Positions 48,844 through 62,746 of a stretch of DNA of 64,000 nucleotides are shown here, piece by piece. Below the pieces are notes generated by a model. It searched no databases. It was given only the letters and a program-made list of their open reading frames with translations, and had not been told where the DNA came from. The DNA comes from Epiperipatus broadwayi (lineage: Eukaryota; Animalia; Onychophora): the NCBI GenBank assembly GCA_028023455.1, contig JAQFVV010000009.1:10416001-10480000 (forward strand), written 5' to 3'. Position 1 is the stretch's first letter. Each line of letters begins with the position of its first letter. Position numbers and translations under genes: made by a program.

Positions 48844-51399
48844 ATGACACATGAAAAAAAAAATTAAAACATTCGTTTATATACATAAAAGCAAATACTT
48901 ATATTTTCATTGTTTATGTAAACAATGTCATAATATAAACTATTTTTTGAATGGCTATATTGGAAAAAAAAATGTTTTCTACGGATGAAGATCAGTATGT
49001 AATATCAGTTTGGGGTTTATTTTCATTACTAATTCCTATCCATTGATAAGTAATGAGTCATGAGTAAAATTATATGAAATCAAAGACTAATCCTTTTTTG
49101 CATATTATTCATACTTAAAGTTTAGAGGCTACCAATTTTCACAGATATCTATTTCTAAATTTGTTCATATTTTTGAAAACATAGCTTAGTTCTAATTTGA
49201 AAAATGGTCTAAGATTTTTTTTCCCTTTCTGCCATTATTTATTATGTATACTTTCTGTAATCTGGATCAATAATGCTGTACAGTAAGATGATGGAAGAAA
49301 AATGTGAGAGAAGCAGAGAATATAAGAAGCAATGGATATATTTCCACTAATTTGGTATTTCCATAGCTAATTTAGCATCAATTTTTTGTCTTTTTTGTGA
49401 ATAGGTGATTAAATGTTTTGTCATTGAGTGAGCATTATAAGGACTTTACAGAGAGCAATTAACAATCATATTAAAATATTTTGTATTGGACACTTTTGGG
49501 TGAAGGTTCAAACCTAGGTTAATGAAAAACAAACTATGAAGCCATCTTTATATTTTGTACTCATGATCATATCCTTACCTAATATATCTATCAACATTAA
49601 AATGTAAATTTAAACTGAAATTAAAATACATTTTCTTATTTGTAGACTGCAGGTTTATTACTGGGAAGTGCTTGATAAGATATTTCATCAACAGAATGTT
49701 ACCTAATGTTCACATTTAAGTTACTTGGATTATCATGATATAATCAACTTATGGTAATATTTTTGCCAAAAACTATCTATCGTGGTAATAATGATTCTGA
49801 GCTTATATCAATATATTATTTAGGCATATTTAATGATGATTTGTTGAGAATATGACTGATAGTCATAATTCAGTTGAGATGATAAATGGTAATGGAATAA
49901 TTGGTAATATTAGTTCCCAAATTTTTTTACTTAAGTAATGTAATTTGTCTACTATAATTTTTATATTGTAAGATTACAAAAAAAAAAAATTCATATAGAA
50001 AATCTCTAGTTTAATAAATGAGTAGTAATAATTATTACGTGTTGAAAAAGTTGGGAAAGGAGTAAATTGACGTTTGAAAATAAAAATGAGACAATTTGCT
50101 CTACATAAATACTCTTCATGTACTAAAGATATATATGAGAGAAGATGACCTGGCCCAACTGGTGAGTGCTGGTTCAGCACAAAATGCATCTTGGAAGTTA
50201 TTTGTCTTTTATTGTATCTTTATTTATATGAAATTATTTATGAAATAAAAAAGAAAGGAGAAATATGGAAGTTGTCTATCTATAAAAAATTCATATAATG
50301 AATATATGCAATATATAATTAATTATTTGATTGCCCTAATATAAAACAGAATCTTTAAGCAGATAAATACATACACATATATTTACTGAATACTGCATAT
50401 TGTTTAAATCAATTAATATTTAATGGGTTGAAGTGGCAAAGCAAATATTTAATGTTTCAGATCTCATTTGATAAGACTGTTTTATGATTAGATAGCTTTA
50501 AAATCTATCTAGTATGTATTTGTACCATGATTTTATATTATGTATCTATATCCTGTAATATTTATTATTATTGTCACATATGTATATATTGTACTGGTCA
50601 CTTCTTCACTTCCTTTGATCACTGAGGGCACCACTAGATCCCTAACAATCTAGAAATTTTAATTTACAGTGATTAAAAGTTTATGATAATGATGAATGCT
50701 ACCAGCTAAAAACAGAAGAGAAAGAGATCTTTATGATTATTCAGACAATTGAGAAAAGATTACAGAGACAAACATCAGCCCAAAATAATTTAAAATAATT
50801 TCATAGTTTATTAAACTAAAAAAAATATTTAAATTTCAAGCAAATAAAGCATAAAAGTTTGACTTAGATTCTTCTAGCATATTTTTCAGAAAGTGTACAT
50901 GAGTATTAAAACATTAAACACCCTGGTAGATATGCATGTTTCTCACCTAAAGTTTAAAAAGGGAATTTATAATATTTTCTTGCCAGCGATTTATAAAAAC
51001 TAATTTTAGCTTTCCCATTCAGAAATTGCAAAACAAAAGGGAGTCTTGTAGGGAGTATAATGAAACAGTGCAGGCAAGTTTTTCTTGGTCTGGAAAAGAA
51101 ACATCAGGATGAAGAACATCATATGTCTGCAGAGCAGCCCATGATAATCATGTTCAAGATTATTAAAGTTGACTCCAATACAAGATTAGAAAACATACAT
51201 AATCTTAAGTAGAAGAAAATAAAATCTCTGATTTAAGAAAAAACAGAACTCTATACTTAATAAACAGCCAGCCAAAAGATTTGCAGTCTGCAGGAAAATA
51301 CAGACTAAGCATAACTAAACTAATTATAAAAAAAAGGGACATATGAGTTAAAAGAAAATTATGAATGCCTGCCAAAAATAATATAAATAATATAAAAAA

Positions 51400-51590
51400 A
51401 ACTAGTACACTCCTGGATAAATAAATTAAAAATATATAATCTTAAAACCAAGATCCCAATACACACTTTAACTACACTAATAAGAAAATACATAAAATAA
51501 TCAAAATATTGAAGGAATATTCAAAATTTATAATGAATACATGATTATTTTAATATTAAGCTGAGACTTTAACAAAGATTTAAATCCTGA
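51400..51590 (+). mobile_element. Decayed LINE APE-endonuclease fragment
   Basis: IILILS*DFNKDLN (GDFN-like at 51562-51573). Neighbouring 51600-52130 looks like further LINE debris, with a 45-bp-period duplication at 51736/51781. Confidence 0.35.
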
Positions 51591-54500
51591 TTAGAATATG
51601 AAATTCTTTTACCTTGAGGCCTAATGTAGTCCATCGGATTTCCTCCAGCGAGATGCACAAAGTTCTTTCTAATTCAAATCCATCATGAAGGCTTTTGATT
51701 TCTATCTCTGGTAGGGAGTATAGAGACAACCTTTTGATTAGTTTTTGTTTAGGCTTTTAAGACTATAGAGGCAAGCTTTGGATTAGTTTTTGTTTAGGCT
51801 TTTAAGACATGATCTTGAAGGAACAACTTGGGATCCAGGGATCCATCTTTGGGTTAAATTAGTACTGCATGTTGTAGAAAGGATTCCTCATGGCATGTAA
51901 TTTTAGTATTCTGCAGAGAGGATCTCTATTTAGCAACTAGGAGTCAGTAATCTAAATTCAGCAGAATTTCCAATCAGCAGATAGTAGAAAGGTAAAATTA
52001 GCAAGTGATCTCCAGACAGGGACAGAAATCTTTAAAAATCAGGTAGCACAGCAATTCAAATAAGGATTACAAGTAGTGTACTAAGGAGTTGAATCCCTTT
52101 TCATAATCAACAATAATAACAATAAGCCAAATAATAATTAGTCCAAAATCTGGGGCTATTTATGTACACTCATCTCCCACATCATCATTAATTAGAAGTT
52201 TTTTCCCAGGGCAAATCTCTATCTCAGATTTAATCGTAATGGAAAAAAAAATTGACCAGGGCTCTTGTCTTATTCAAAATTAATTAAAAATAAATAAATG
52301 GAAAAATAAGTCTCAGCTTTTAAAACAAAATCAAAAAAAAAAAAGAGAGAGAATCAAGAATGCAATTAAAAACTTTTCAAAAGTAGAATGCTTTTTCCAA
52401 AAGATTAAAACTTTTAAATTAGAATGTTTTTTTACCAAAAATAAAAAAAATTGTCAAAAGAAAATATATTTTAAACTAAAATCTTTTGAAAATAAAAATC
52501 ACAGAATATTTTAACATAAAAATGAGTGTGAGTGTTATTGCACATACTCTTAATAAAAAAAAATATACAAAACTTTTAAATAGTTTTCTTTTAAAACTTT
52601 TTAAAAATAAAAGTTGTAATTTTATGGTGAGCTTTTGAAGCAGATAAAGCATCTGGTTTAATATATATATGTTTTATGCTCATATAAGCACACCTACTTG
52701 GACATTCAATTTATTTCACAGTAAAATAATAGATAACATTTTTTTATAACATTTTTGTTTTGAAATTTTCAAATTTATAAAATGAAAATTTAATGGTAGA
52801 ATTTATTTTTATGTATAGTAAACATCCTAAACACAATTTTGTTTTACCTAAGGTATTATAATAGTATTTGTATAATTTTGGTAGAAGTGAATTGAGTATT
52901 ATTTCAATGAATAATTTTATTTTAATATAAATTTGCATAATATTGAGATACAATTTTTTTTTAAAATTATTTTTGAATTTTATATATATATATCCTCCTC
53001 ATAATAATAAATGTATTCTTTAGTCACAATGTCAGGTGAATTTAAACCTGATTTTGATACCCTCTTATAATTTTTTACATGGAATAGTTCAATTAAGTTA
53101 TATTGTTAGATAATTAATATGAAAAAGTATTTAGATAGAATGTAAGTTGTATTATATCACATTGTCGTTAAACTATTTTAGAAAAAAATCCTCTTCAGAA
53201 TAAAATAATTATTGTAAATGTCTAAACATTATTTTATTAATTATGAAATTTTTTAAAATTATTTTTATGAAACAGATTTAGCAATTCATAAATATAGTTT
53301 ATATTAAGGGACCATTATTTGGGATTCAGTAAAAGTGAGTGCAGTCATACTTTTTAAAATGTTTAATAAATTTGTGATTTATTTCTTTGTTCACTACTTT
53401 TTCATTTTACTATAGACCTATCATTTATAATACAATATACAAAGAAATTAATGATATAGTTGCAAACTTTTCTTCCCAAATTATGATAAAACATATGGAT
53501 ATTTAAAATACATTTAAACATATTGGTTATTTATTAAACAAAATTATTTTATTATTTTGGAAGACAAAAATCGCTTACCATTTTACTTAATTTGCCTTAT
53601 ATAGTCACAATGTTTATGCCTGATTTTATATTTCATCTACTGAGAAACCTAAAATTAAAATATAGAAGTTTTTATGGAAAAATCTATGACTGGAAAATAG
53701 TTTTAAATGAAAATCATTACTCATTGGGAAATTCTTTGCCAGACAAAAGTGCATAGCAATATCTTTGATGAAATCTTATGAGAAATAGACACAAGTTTAA
53801 TATAAACAATAAAAGAGGAGTTGCTATTATTTAGATAATGTGAATGGTGTATGATGTCAGAATTAGTAATTGAAAATATAAAGCTCCTAGTACAAGGATT
53901 TGTGGGAATTATCACACAAATGGAGTGTTCTTTCCTTGATTATGATTATTATAGATATCTAGTTCATAAGAAGACATAACACATGACTCCCTCTAAGTAA
54001 TTTTGATATGTTTATTGTTTATTAGTATTTGTATTTTGTGATCATTTTCATTCTTATTCATATTATTTATCATAAAGTGGTGTATTGCAATGTGTTATGT
54101 TATTCCTGGACTTGTTATTTATTTGTTCACAGTTATGATAATTTCTCTTAGATAAATTACCAAACTTCACAGTCAAAAATTTATTATTAACAAAATGAAA
54201 GATAAAAAATGTTTTTTAAAAATTCTCACATAATTATGAAAAATTGTTCAAAATAAAAAATGAGGAGTGAATGACATAATAATTAATATTTTCTCTCATT
54301 ATATACATAAATATCAATTGGTGAGCATAAATATGAAGAGTAAATAGTTAGGAAAAATGGATTAAATTTGGCTTTTGAAAATTATAAAGTATGCTATATA
54401 TATTTTCTATATCTTTACATTTATACATATAGCATAAACTATGCATATGACTGGATCACTCATAGGCCTATACTTTTGGATTATAATAAATTTATTATTT

Positions 54501-56650
54501 TATGTAAATTATATTCCTCAAAAATTTGTGGACAATTAATTATTATGATATTAATATTTAAAATTGCTTAGCCAGGCTTTAAATGCACAGCATCTATTTT
54601 GATTCACTTATTATGCATGTTTATAACACTCCATTATCAGAAACTTCCAGTCATTTTAGAGAGAGGAAAAAATCTTTAATTTCATTTGGGGGAAAAAAAA
54701 TTAAATAGCAGTACAACAGTTTTTCTTTATATGTTCCTATTAAAAAATTTCAGCATATATTTTAATATCAAAAACAGAGAAAGTACATTTAACAAATTAT
54801 ATAAAGTTAATGATGTCAGAAGGAAATGTTTTGACACAAACGTTCAACTTTATTAACTTTTTCTGCAATTACTTGTGTTTTCAAATGGTGTCAGAAATAA
54901 AAATGAAAAGTGTAGAATTATTTGAATTTGTTTTTTATTACTATGATATACTATGAGTTATAAAAACATTGCTGAATTTGTGCATGTCTATATATGTTTA
55001 CATGCATGCATAAAAAAGCTGTTAAGAAGTTCAGACTTGTCAATAATATTTGCCATTTATGACTTGTTTCAAGTCAAGGTTCTCTTTGAAGATATTCAAC
55101 CAAGTATTGAAGAATTATAGTAAAAAATGACCATATGATGTTCCTTTCTTTAAAGATATAACTGTAAAAACAAATGGATTTAATCTTTACTGAAGTCTTA
55201 TCAATATTTTCAGAACAACCTATGATCATTGTATTCATCTGCTTCACAAATGAATTTAACAGTCACTTATCTATCATATAGTCAAGCACAAAATATGAAC
55301 TATATAATTAATTTCTGTTATACCTATGTTTACACTGGTAAAATCAAAGGATTTAATAAAGTCATTAATGAATGTATTTTCTGGTTGAAAACTCTACAGG
55401 TCCTTTATGATATTTTGTTAATAATTAAAAAAAAATCAATACAAATTATTAAGTTCTATTCATGACACCTGATGAACACATAAAAAACATTCTCTTTATT
55501 TATAAAATTTACAATTTAATATATAGATATAGTTTTGATAATTTTCTTTTGCACAATTTGGAATAATGTTTTCTTTTGATACAACTGTTGTTGAGGTCAT
55601 TTTATACCATTGATACCCAATGCAGGTATCAGTAATGTATGAATCAATAGCTTTAATTATGCTAATATGAGAGAGGATTAACTTATCAACAAATAATATC
55701 ATTAAAAAAAAATCAGTATTTAGATGATACTGAAGTCCAAGAATATTTAAACAGGATTGAACCTCAGTTAAAAAAACACCCATTGTTTTAAAAAAATTTC
55801 ATAAGCAATTTATATTTAATGTATTAAAAAGTAATGAAATGAAATGCTTAACATCATATATAAAATCTGGTTCTGCAATTTACAAGTTTAAAACTAAACA
55901 AAGATTACAGTAAAAATTTCAAATTAAAATTATTTATTTTTATATAAGTGATTTTAATTTATATGATTTATAAATAAATAAATAATTTGAAGAATGTCAA
56001 TATTTTTTTGCTAATTCACTTTCATCCTATAGCAAACCTAAATATAAATAAGTTAATTGATTTTTAAAAAAAATTTAAATCTATATTTTGTGAAAGCTTA
56101 GTGCAGATTGTTATTGTAATCAAATAATATACATATTTATAATAAATAGGATTAATGCAATGATAAATAAAAACATTGTTAGCAAGAAAGAGAAAAAAAA
56201 ATGTATTTCTTGTTAAAAATATAAATACAGCTAGGCTTTGATTCATACAAGTCATCTATTCTCTAGCTTTTTGCATAAAGTCAAATTTTACTTAGTCAAT
56301 TTTTTTTAATATACTTACCATTAATCATGATAGAGAATATACAAAAATAAACATTACAGTATATCATAAGCAATGTTAACACGGCAGTGTCATACAAAAA
56401 CTGAGCACTGTTTTAACTTGCACATCACATTTTTCAAATATTTTACATTTTATATATACAAAAGTCAATTTCTGCCTGAAATTTTTTAAGCAAAAATTTT
56501 AATCAACTTTCATAGTAATTAAGTATTAAAATTGCTCTTTTAATTATGGAATTAATCTTTTTTATGCTATACTTAATTTATCATTTTTAATATTACATTT
56601 ATAAAAATATTACAAATCTTAAAAATTATGCACTTTTCATAAAATATGTA

Positions 56651-57004
56651 ATCATACAAAAGTTGTACTGTTCAAGTTAATATGAAAAGGTAAATATAAT
56701 ACAATGAGACTTAAGAGCACTGAGATAGCTTTCAGCAGGTTGCTGCCAGAATCATAGTGAAAACCCTGCTAGGGATCCTCATTTCATTAATAGAAAAGAT
56801 TCATGCATCCCATTGTTAAAAAAATAGAAATAACTAATTTACATATTGCACTTTATTTGCATATTGATCTTCATCATAATATATATATATATATTGATGC
56901 AGTTACTGTCAGCACTAGGATTCTGACAGCAATGTGCTGAAAGCTAAGTCAATGCTTTTGAGTCTTATTCTATATTAACTTGAACAGTACAAGTTTGGTA
57001 TGAT
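56651..57004. repeat. Fold-back/MITE-like element with ~95-110-bp diverged inverted arms
   Basis: ATCATACAAAAGTTGTACTGTTCAAGTTAATAT...GCTTTCAGCA..TTGCTG.CAGAATC.TAGTG (56651-56759) is mirrored at 56913-57004. Confidence 0.75.
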
Positions 57005-58852
57005 TTAAAATATTACAAATGCATATAATTTTTTTTTTCTGTTGCTTTCTAGCACTGAATTGCTTTCTAGTTTCTTTTCTTTGATTACAGTTCTGCCACA
57101 TTTTCATTCTAATATTTCACAAAAATTGCAACCATCACTCCCAGTAATTGATCCCCCTTCAAGATCAACATGAACAGAGTTGTTAGGATTAGTTTGAATA
57201 ACTTTCAAGTGAAAATGTCTTTCCACTATTAAAATAAATCAACATCAGATTTGAGATCTCCAAATAGAAAAAAATCATTGGCACAGCTTCCTTGAAAATG
57301 TTTTTTTTTAATATTCAATAAATTTAACAAGCTCAATATTTCTCATATTCACACTGATGATTAATTTCCAATTCAGAGTTGTGGATTTTCATTATAACCC
57401 AGAGTACAATCCAAAACATATTTTTAGTATTTCTAAGAAAGCAAATTAGTTTTCATTTTAGAGCTGTGTCTGCTAAATGTAAGTAGATTTAAACTTTTTT
57501 GAAAAGAGTGGGGACATTAACCAAAATTTAAATATCCATTAGGCAAATGTCAAACTTAAGATTTAGAGAAGGGGTGAGAATTTATCATTAGAAAATGAAA
57601 AAAAAAAACTTCAAGGATATTCTTTTAGAGTTAGCTTTGAGAGACAAGTTTTAATAATTGTATATAATATAAAAAAAAGTGGAAATACTGTTTATAATAA
57701 TTTTAAAAAAAATATAGAAAAAATTTATGATAAACTACTTACAAATGAAACTATATTTCAATGACAGTTTATTGGAATAAAAAATAAGTTGATTGTTTTA
57801 AAAAACACTCTTTTTAGTTAGATATTTTGGCATTAATCTGGAATCAACTAATCTCAAGAACATGAAGTTCAAAGAAAAATTTTTTGAAAATTTTTTTTAT
57901 CAGATTTTTTTCCTATGATGGCTTTTAATTCTTCAAAATTTTAATATTTAAGCATGTTTTGGTTAGGATTTAAATAAATATATGTAGATAATTTTACAAA
58001 ATTTTTCTGTCTTTTTTCTAATGCTCTCTTGTTAAAATCAGTGATCTTTTTCATCATTTGATCTAAATTTTATTCTATTGTGAAAAATCACAAAAATTAT
58101 CAACTAATTTATCTCATTTATAATAGTTTGTCATGTCTTTGTTAATCCCCTGTCCCTTTAAAAAACTTTAGAGATAAAATGAAGATAAATTAATAAGTGG
58201 CCTAGAGATAACTTCAAGTTTAGTAAATGATGACTAATAATTATTAATATATTTATCTGAAGTGATAGTATTAATGTTGTAAATAAAAACAATTGATGTT
58301 TCTAAAAATCAAATTATAATCAATTTATATATATATTCAGCACAGTAGCAGAAATCCTCTTATACAATTACATTTTATGAACATTTGCACACTTTATTTA
58401 TATTGACTAGATATCTATGAATACCAAATAATTAGAGCAAGCTTCTAATTTATTATTAGCTCTAATTTTATTAAATAATCTGAATAAGTATTGTTTATTT
58501 GTTTTTGTTATATGTGTATGCATATGCAAATGTATAAATAATACAAAAAAAATCATCAAATTTTTCTTGTTTATTCAAAGAAAAAATGGAATGGTTTATT
58601 GTATAGAAATTCATAAGAAATTTGAGAACTGGAAGTGAAAGAAACTGAGCTGTAACCCATGGTATTCTGCTCTTGAGTCTGGCATTTTACTATTGACCTA
58701 AACCAAACTTAGCAAATCAATTGAATGGTTTATTTCTTGCAAGTTCATAAGGAGCCATGATTTATAATCCTTGAATGCCAGTCTGCTCATTTTATTACTG
58801 CACTAAATTGGGCAGGATTTTATTTTGTTTGATATGATAATCATGTTCAGTC

Positions 58853-58904
58853 AAATAATGTCTGAAGATGTCTGCTGGGTAGTTGAAACATATTTAGCAC
58901 AATT
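58853..58904 (+). ncRNA. Decayed type I hammerhead ribozyme (CTGAAGATG type)
   Basis: AATAATGT-CTGAAGA-TGTCTGC(TGG)GTAGTT-GAAAC-ATAT-TTA-GCACAATT. The core is intact and the stems are partly disrupted. Confidence 0.45.
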
Positions 58905-59687
58905 AAAAAACTATTAAAAAATATTGTTATTACACATACATATATATATCTGTGTTTAGAAAGTAGAAATGTATATAGAGTATTGTGTATGCTTGTATAT
59001 TTTTCATAAATAGTCTTTAATTTTATAAACTAAGTTTTTTTATAAAAATGTTTCTTAACTTCTATTAATATAATTAAGTACTTTAATTAAATCTTTTCCT
59101 ATTAGTTTTAATTTTCCTTTTCCTTTTGGATTTTTTTCTTTCTATGTATATTTATGTTTTCTATATTTGATTTTTTTTTTCTAAATTATTAGTTATATAA
59201 AACTTTTTAAGTAATTAATGAAGTTTAGATTTTATTGGTTTATGAAAAATCATTAATGAAGAAATTTGTAATCAAAATCTAAAATCCCTCCTGCAAACTC
59301 AGAATTCTTGGCAGGAATATGTATCAGGCAAGAGAAGAGGTGATGCTATAAATAGTTAGATAAATGGGGAATGGATAATAAAAAGAAATTTGATAACTTT
59401 ACTTTTTTATACGAAATTCATGAATAGATATTTTATTTAAATTAGATTATTACGTTTGACGATGTACATATATTACGAAGAACATTAAAATAAATAGAAT
59501 AAAGGCATTTTACATTTACAAATGTTTTCATATGTCTGGAAAGATGAAAATAAATTATCATCTTGAACATTATTGCTCAGTAGCTCATATTTTTACATTA
59601 ATATTAATTTTACTTTTTTTGTATCCTGTTATTAAAATAATGTTTAAAATTTACAGGATGTACAAAATATGATTTTAATTTGATTCA

Positions 59688-59725
<38 letters not shown>

Positions 59726-60237
59726 GCATATTCCTAAAGAGAGAAAAAAGATAATGTACTTCAAAAATATATGTAGCTTAAAATATATATTTTAATTTTT
59801 TTACTAAAAGGTAAATTTAAAAATAACATTTAATTAATTTCAGATAGGCCATTAATTTTAAAAAGATATATTATCAAACATTTTTATTGTGTAATAATAT
59901 AGGGTTTAATCTTCATGCATAGAAAGAGAAAAGTTAAAAATATGGAAGGAAAAATTAATAAGTTTGTATCGCTCTGTTAATTACAAGGTAACGCTTATAT
60001 ATATATTGTATATGTATGATGATTAAGTACCATGCTAGAAAATATGTAATTTGTCAATTTAATTCATAGTTCACAGTGCTTCTGAATTACACTCCATAAT
60101 CTAATGAAATTATTGACCTAAGGGAAAGATAACTGTATAATCTTTTTCTCTTTCTCTCTATATATGTATATACATTAAAAACCTAAAGCTAAATTAGTCA
60201 ATAAAATAATCAAAATTACTCCAAATTCACAACCACA

Positions 60238-61381
60238 ACCAGACTAACCAAAAAATATAAATTCTAAAACACAACCAATGGTTTTAATGCTACAAGCAGA
60301 CTTCTCAAGTGTAAAGAACAACATATTATTTAAATTAAACATTGCCTACAATTCCACTTATACCCCATTCACCCTTAATATTAAAATAACTTTTAAATAA
60401 GTTAATTGTTTCAGAATATAAATTTTTAATAATAAAGATTCTTTAATTCTTCTTTTTATTTCATTTCCTTCAAAGAAGACAACCTTAGCCTCATCAAAAT
60501 TAATAGTGTAGTCTGTATCTTTTTCATGAATATATAAAGCAGAATTAAGATATTTATTTCTAATCCTATTTTTAAGTACTTTTATTCTTTCATTTAAGAT
60601 CAAACTACTCTGACCTATATATATATCTTCTTACAAAAATAAGGGATAATATACACTACTACAGGAATAGTCTTTCTATCAAAAATTTTCTTTGTATTTT
60701 TTAATAAATTATTGAAAATAATACCTCTTTTCCAAGCAATTTTCTTATTTCCAAACTAATTACTATTTTTACATACAATTCTATAATAAGACAATTTAAA
60801 TAACAAAGAAATAAAATCATATTTGTTTTTACTCTTTTATATTATTACAAATAATATTACTATTAAATAAAATATTTTTAACAAACTTATTAAACTAGCC
60901 AGCACTCAAATAATCTTATTATTATAAAATTGACCTTTTTTGAAACAAAGCATCTCTTATTTTTATAATAATAATTTCTTAAAGCAACTACTTTATGAGA
61001 TCCAGATTGATAGCAATCAGGTTTAATTATAAATCTTAATGCTTTACTCTTAACATAATGACTATATATGAAACAATTATTCTTTACATTTCTAATTGCC
61101 AATAAATCTAAAAATTTTAATTTAACAAAATCTAACTTCCTTTCTTGTACAACATATTTTATAGAAGAATTAAAACAATTAAACTCATTTATCAACTCTT
61201 TCAATTTATCATTCTCAATTACAAACAAACAATATCAACATATCTAACAAATAACTTTAAATATAAATAATCCTTCTTAATAATAGTTTCCTCTTCCAAA
61301 TAAATAATATAAAATGAACAAATTAAAGAAAAAATAATGTAACCTGTTCTCCACCCTTAATTCTATATATTTTACTTATCA
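60238..61381 (-). mobile_element. Penelope-like element (RT thumb + GIY-YIG + 3' end), left arm of an inverted pair
   Basis: Track ORFs 60890-61228 (…VKLKFLDLLAIR…) and 60358-60603 (…DYTINFDEAKV…IKESLLL) are diverged mirror copies of the plus-strand arm. Confidence 0.9.
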
Positions 61382-62539
61382 TGATAATTATAAGATTAAG
61401 GAAGGATGGATAATGTATTATATTATTTCTCCTTTAATTTGTTCAGTTTATATTAATTATTTGGAAGATAAAATTTTTATTAAAAAAATTGTTTACATTT
61501 TAAATTTATTTGTTAGATATGTTGATGATTGTTTGTTTGTTATTAAGAATGACAAATTGAAAGCGTTATATATAAATGAGTTTAAATGTGTTAATTCTTT
61601 TATAAAATATGTTGTAGAAAGAGGGAGATTAGATTTTGTTAAATTAAAATTTTTAGATTTATTGGTGATTAGAAATGTAAAGAATAATTGTTTTGTATAC
61701 AGTCATTATGTTAAGAGTAAAGAGTTAACATCTATAATTAAGCCTGACAGCTATCAATCTCTATCTCATAAAGTAGCTGCTTTAAGAAATTATTGTTATA
61801 AAAATAAGAGATGAAATAATTTTAATAGGGTAGCTTTGTATCAAAAAGGTTAATTTTATAAAGATTATTTGAGCATTGGCTAGTCTAATTAATTTGTTAA
61901 AAATATTTTATTTAATAGTAATATTATTTATAATAATGTAAAGGATAAAGAAAAATATACTTTTATTTCTTTGTCATTTAAATTGTCTTATAGAATTGTA
62001 TGTAAAAGTAAGAATTAGTTTGGAAATAAGAAAATTGTTCAAAAAAGAAATATTACTTTGAATAAATTATTAAATAATACAAAGGAATTTTTTGATAGAA
62101 AGACTATTTCTGGAGTAGTATATATTATCTCTTGTTTTTGTAAAAAGATGTATATAGGTCAAAGTAGTTTGAACTTAAATGAAAGAATGAAAGTACTTAA
62201 AATAGGGTTAGAAAAAAATATCTTAGTTCTGCTTTATATATCCATGAAAAAGATATAGACCACACTATTAATTTTGATGAGGCTATAGTTGTCTTCTTTA
62301 AAAGAAATAAAATAAAAAAAATTAAAAAAATTTTATTTTTAAAAATTTATGATTCTGAAGCAATGAATTTATTTAAAAGTTCTTTTAATATTAAGAGTAT
62401 ATAGGATATAAGTGGAATTGTAGATATTGTTTAATTTAAATAAGTTGTTATTGTGTAGTTCTTTACACTTGAGAAGTCTGCTTGTAGCAATGAAACCAAT
62501 GGTTGTGTTTTAGAGTTTATATTTGTTGGTTAGTCTGGT
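61382..62539 (+). mobile_element. Penelope-like element (RT + GIY-YIG + 3' end), right arm of an inverted pair
   Basis: FVRYVDD (61515-61529), FLD, and GVVYIISCFCKKMYIGQS (YIG at 62151-62159). The junction palindrome TTATCATGATAA is at 61376-61387. Confidence 0.9.
62464..62508 (+). ncRNA. Decayed hammerhead at the Penelope 3' end (mirror copy 60269-60312)
   Basis: ACAC-TTGAGAAG-TCTGC(TTGTA)GCAAT-GAAAC-CAATG-GTT-GTGT sits where PLE pLTR hammerheads occur. The core is mutated in both arms. Confidence 0.4.
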
Positions 62540-62550
62540 ATATATAACAA

Positions 62551-62746
62551 TAAAAATAATAAATATAATGGTAATCAACTATTATATACAGTCTTTCAAT
62601 CCCAAAAAGTACTTTTGGTTAATTCCTTAACCCTTTTCAACTGTCATTAATGGTAATTGAGAGGGTTTAAAGAAATAACCAAAAGTACTTTTGCAGATTG
62701 AAAGACTGTATATAATAGTTAATTATCATTATATTTATTTATATTC
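62551..62746. repeat. Fold-back hairpin with ~90-bp arms and ~12-nt loop
   Basis: TATTATATACAGTCTTTCAATC..AAAAGTACTTTTGGTTA...AACCCT.TCAA (62580-62641) is mirrored at ~62655-62720 and extends to both ends. Confidence 0.8.

Noticed and set aside
57104-57225. Minus-strand exon-like frame VERHFHLKVIQTNPNNSVHVDLEGGSITGSDGCNFCEILE*
   Set aside because: It has a plausible acceptor but no recognisable homology or partner exon. Frames of 40 codons are expected by chance.
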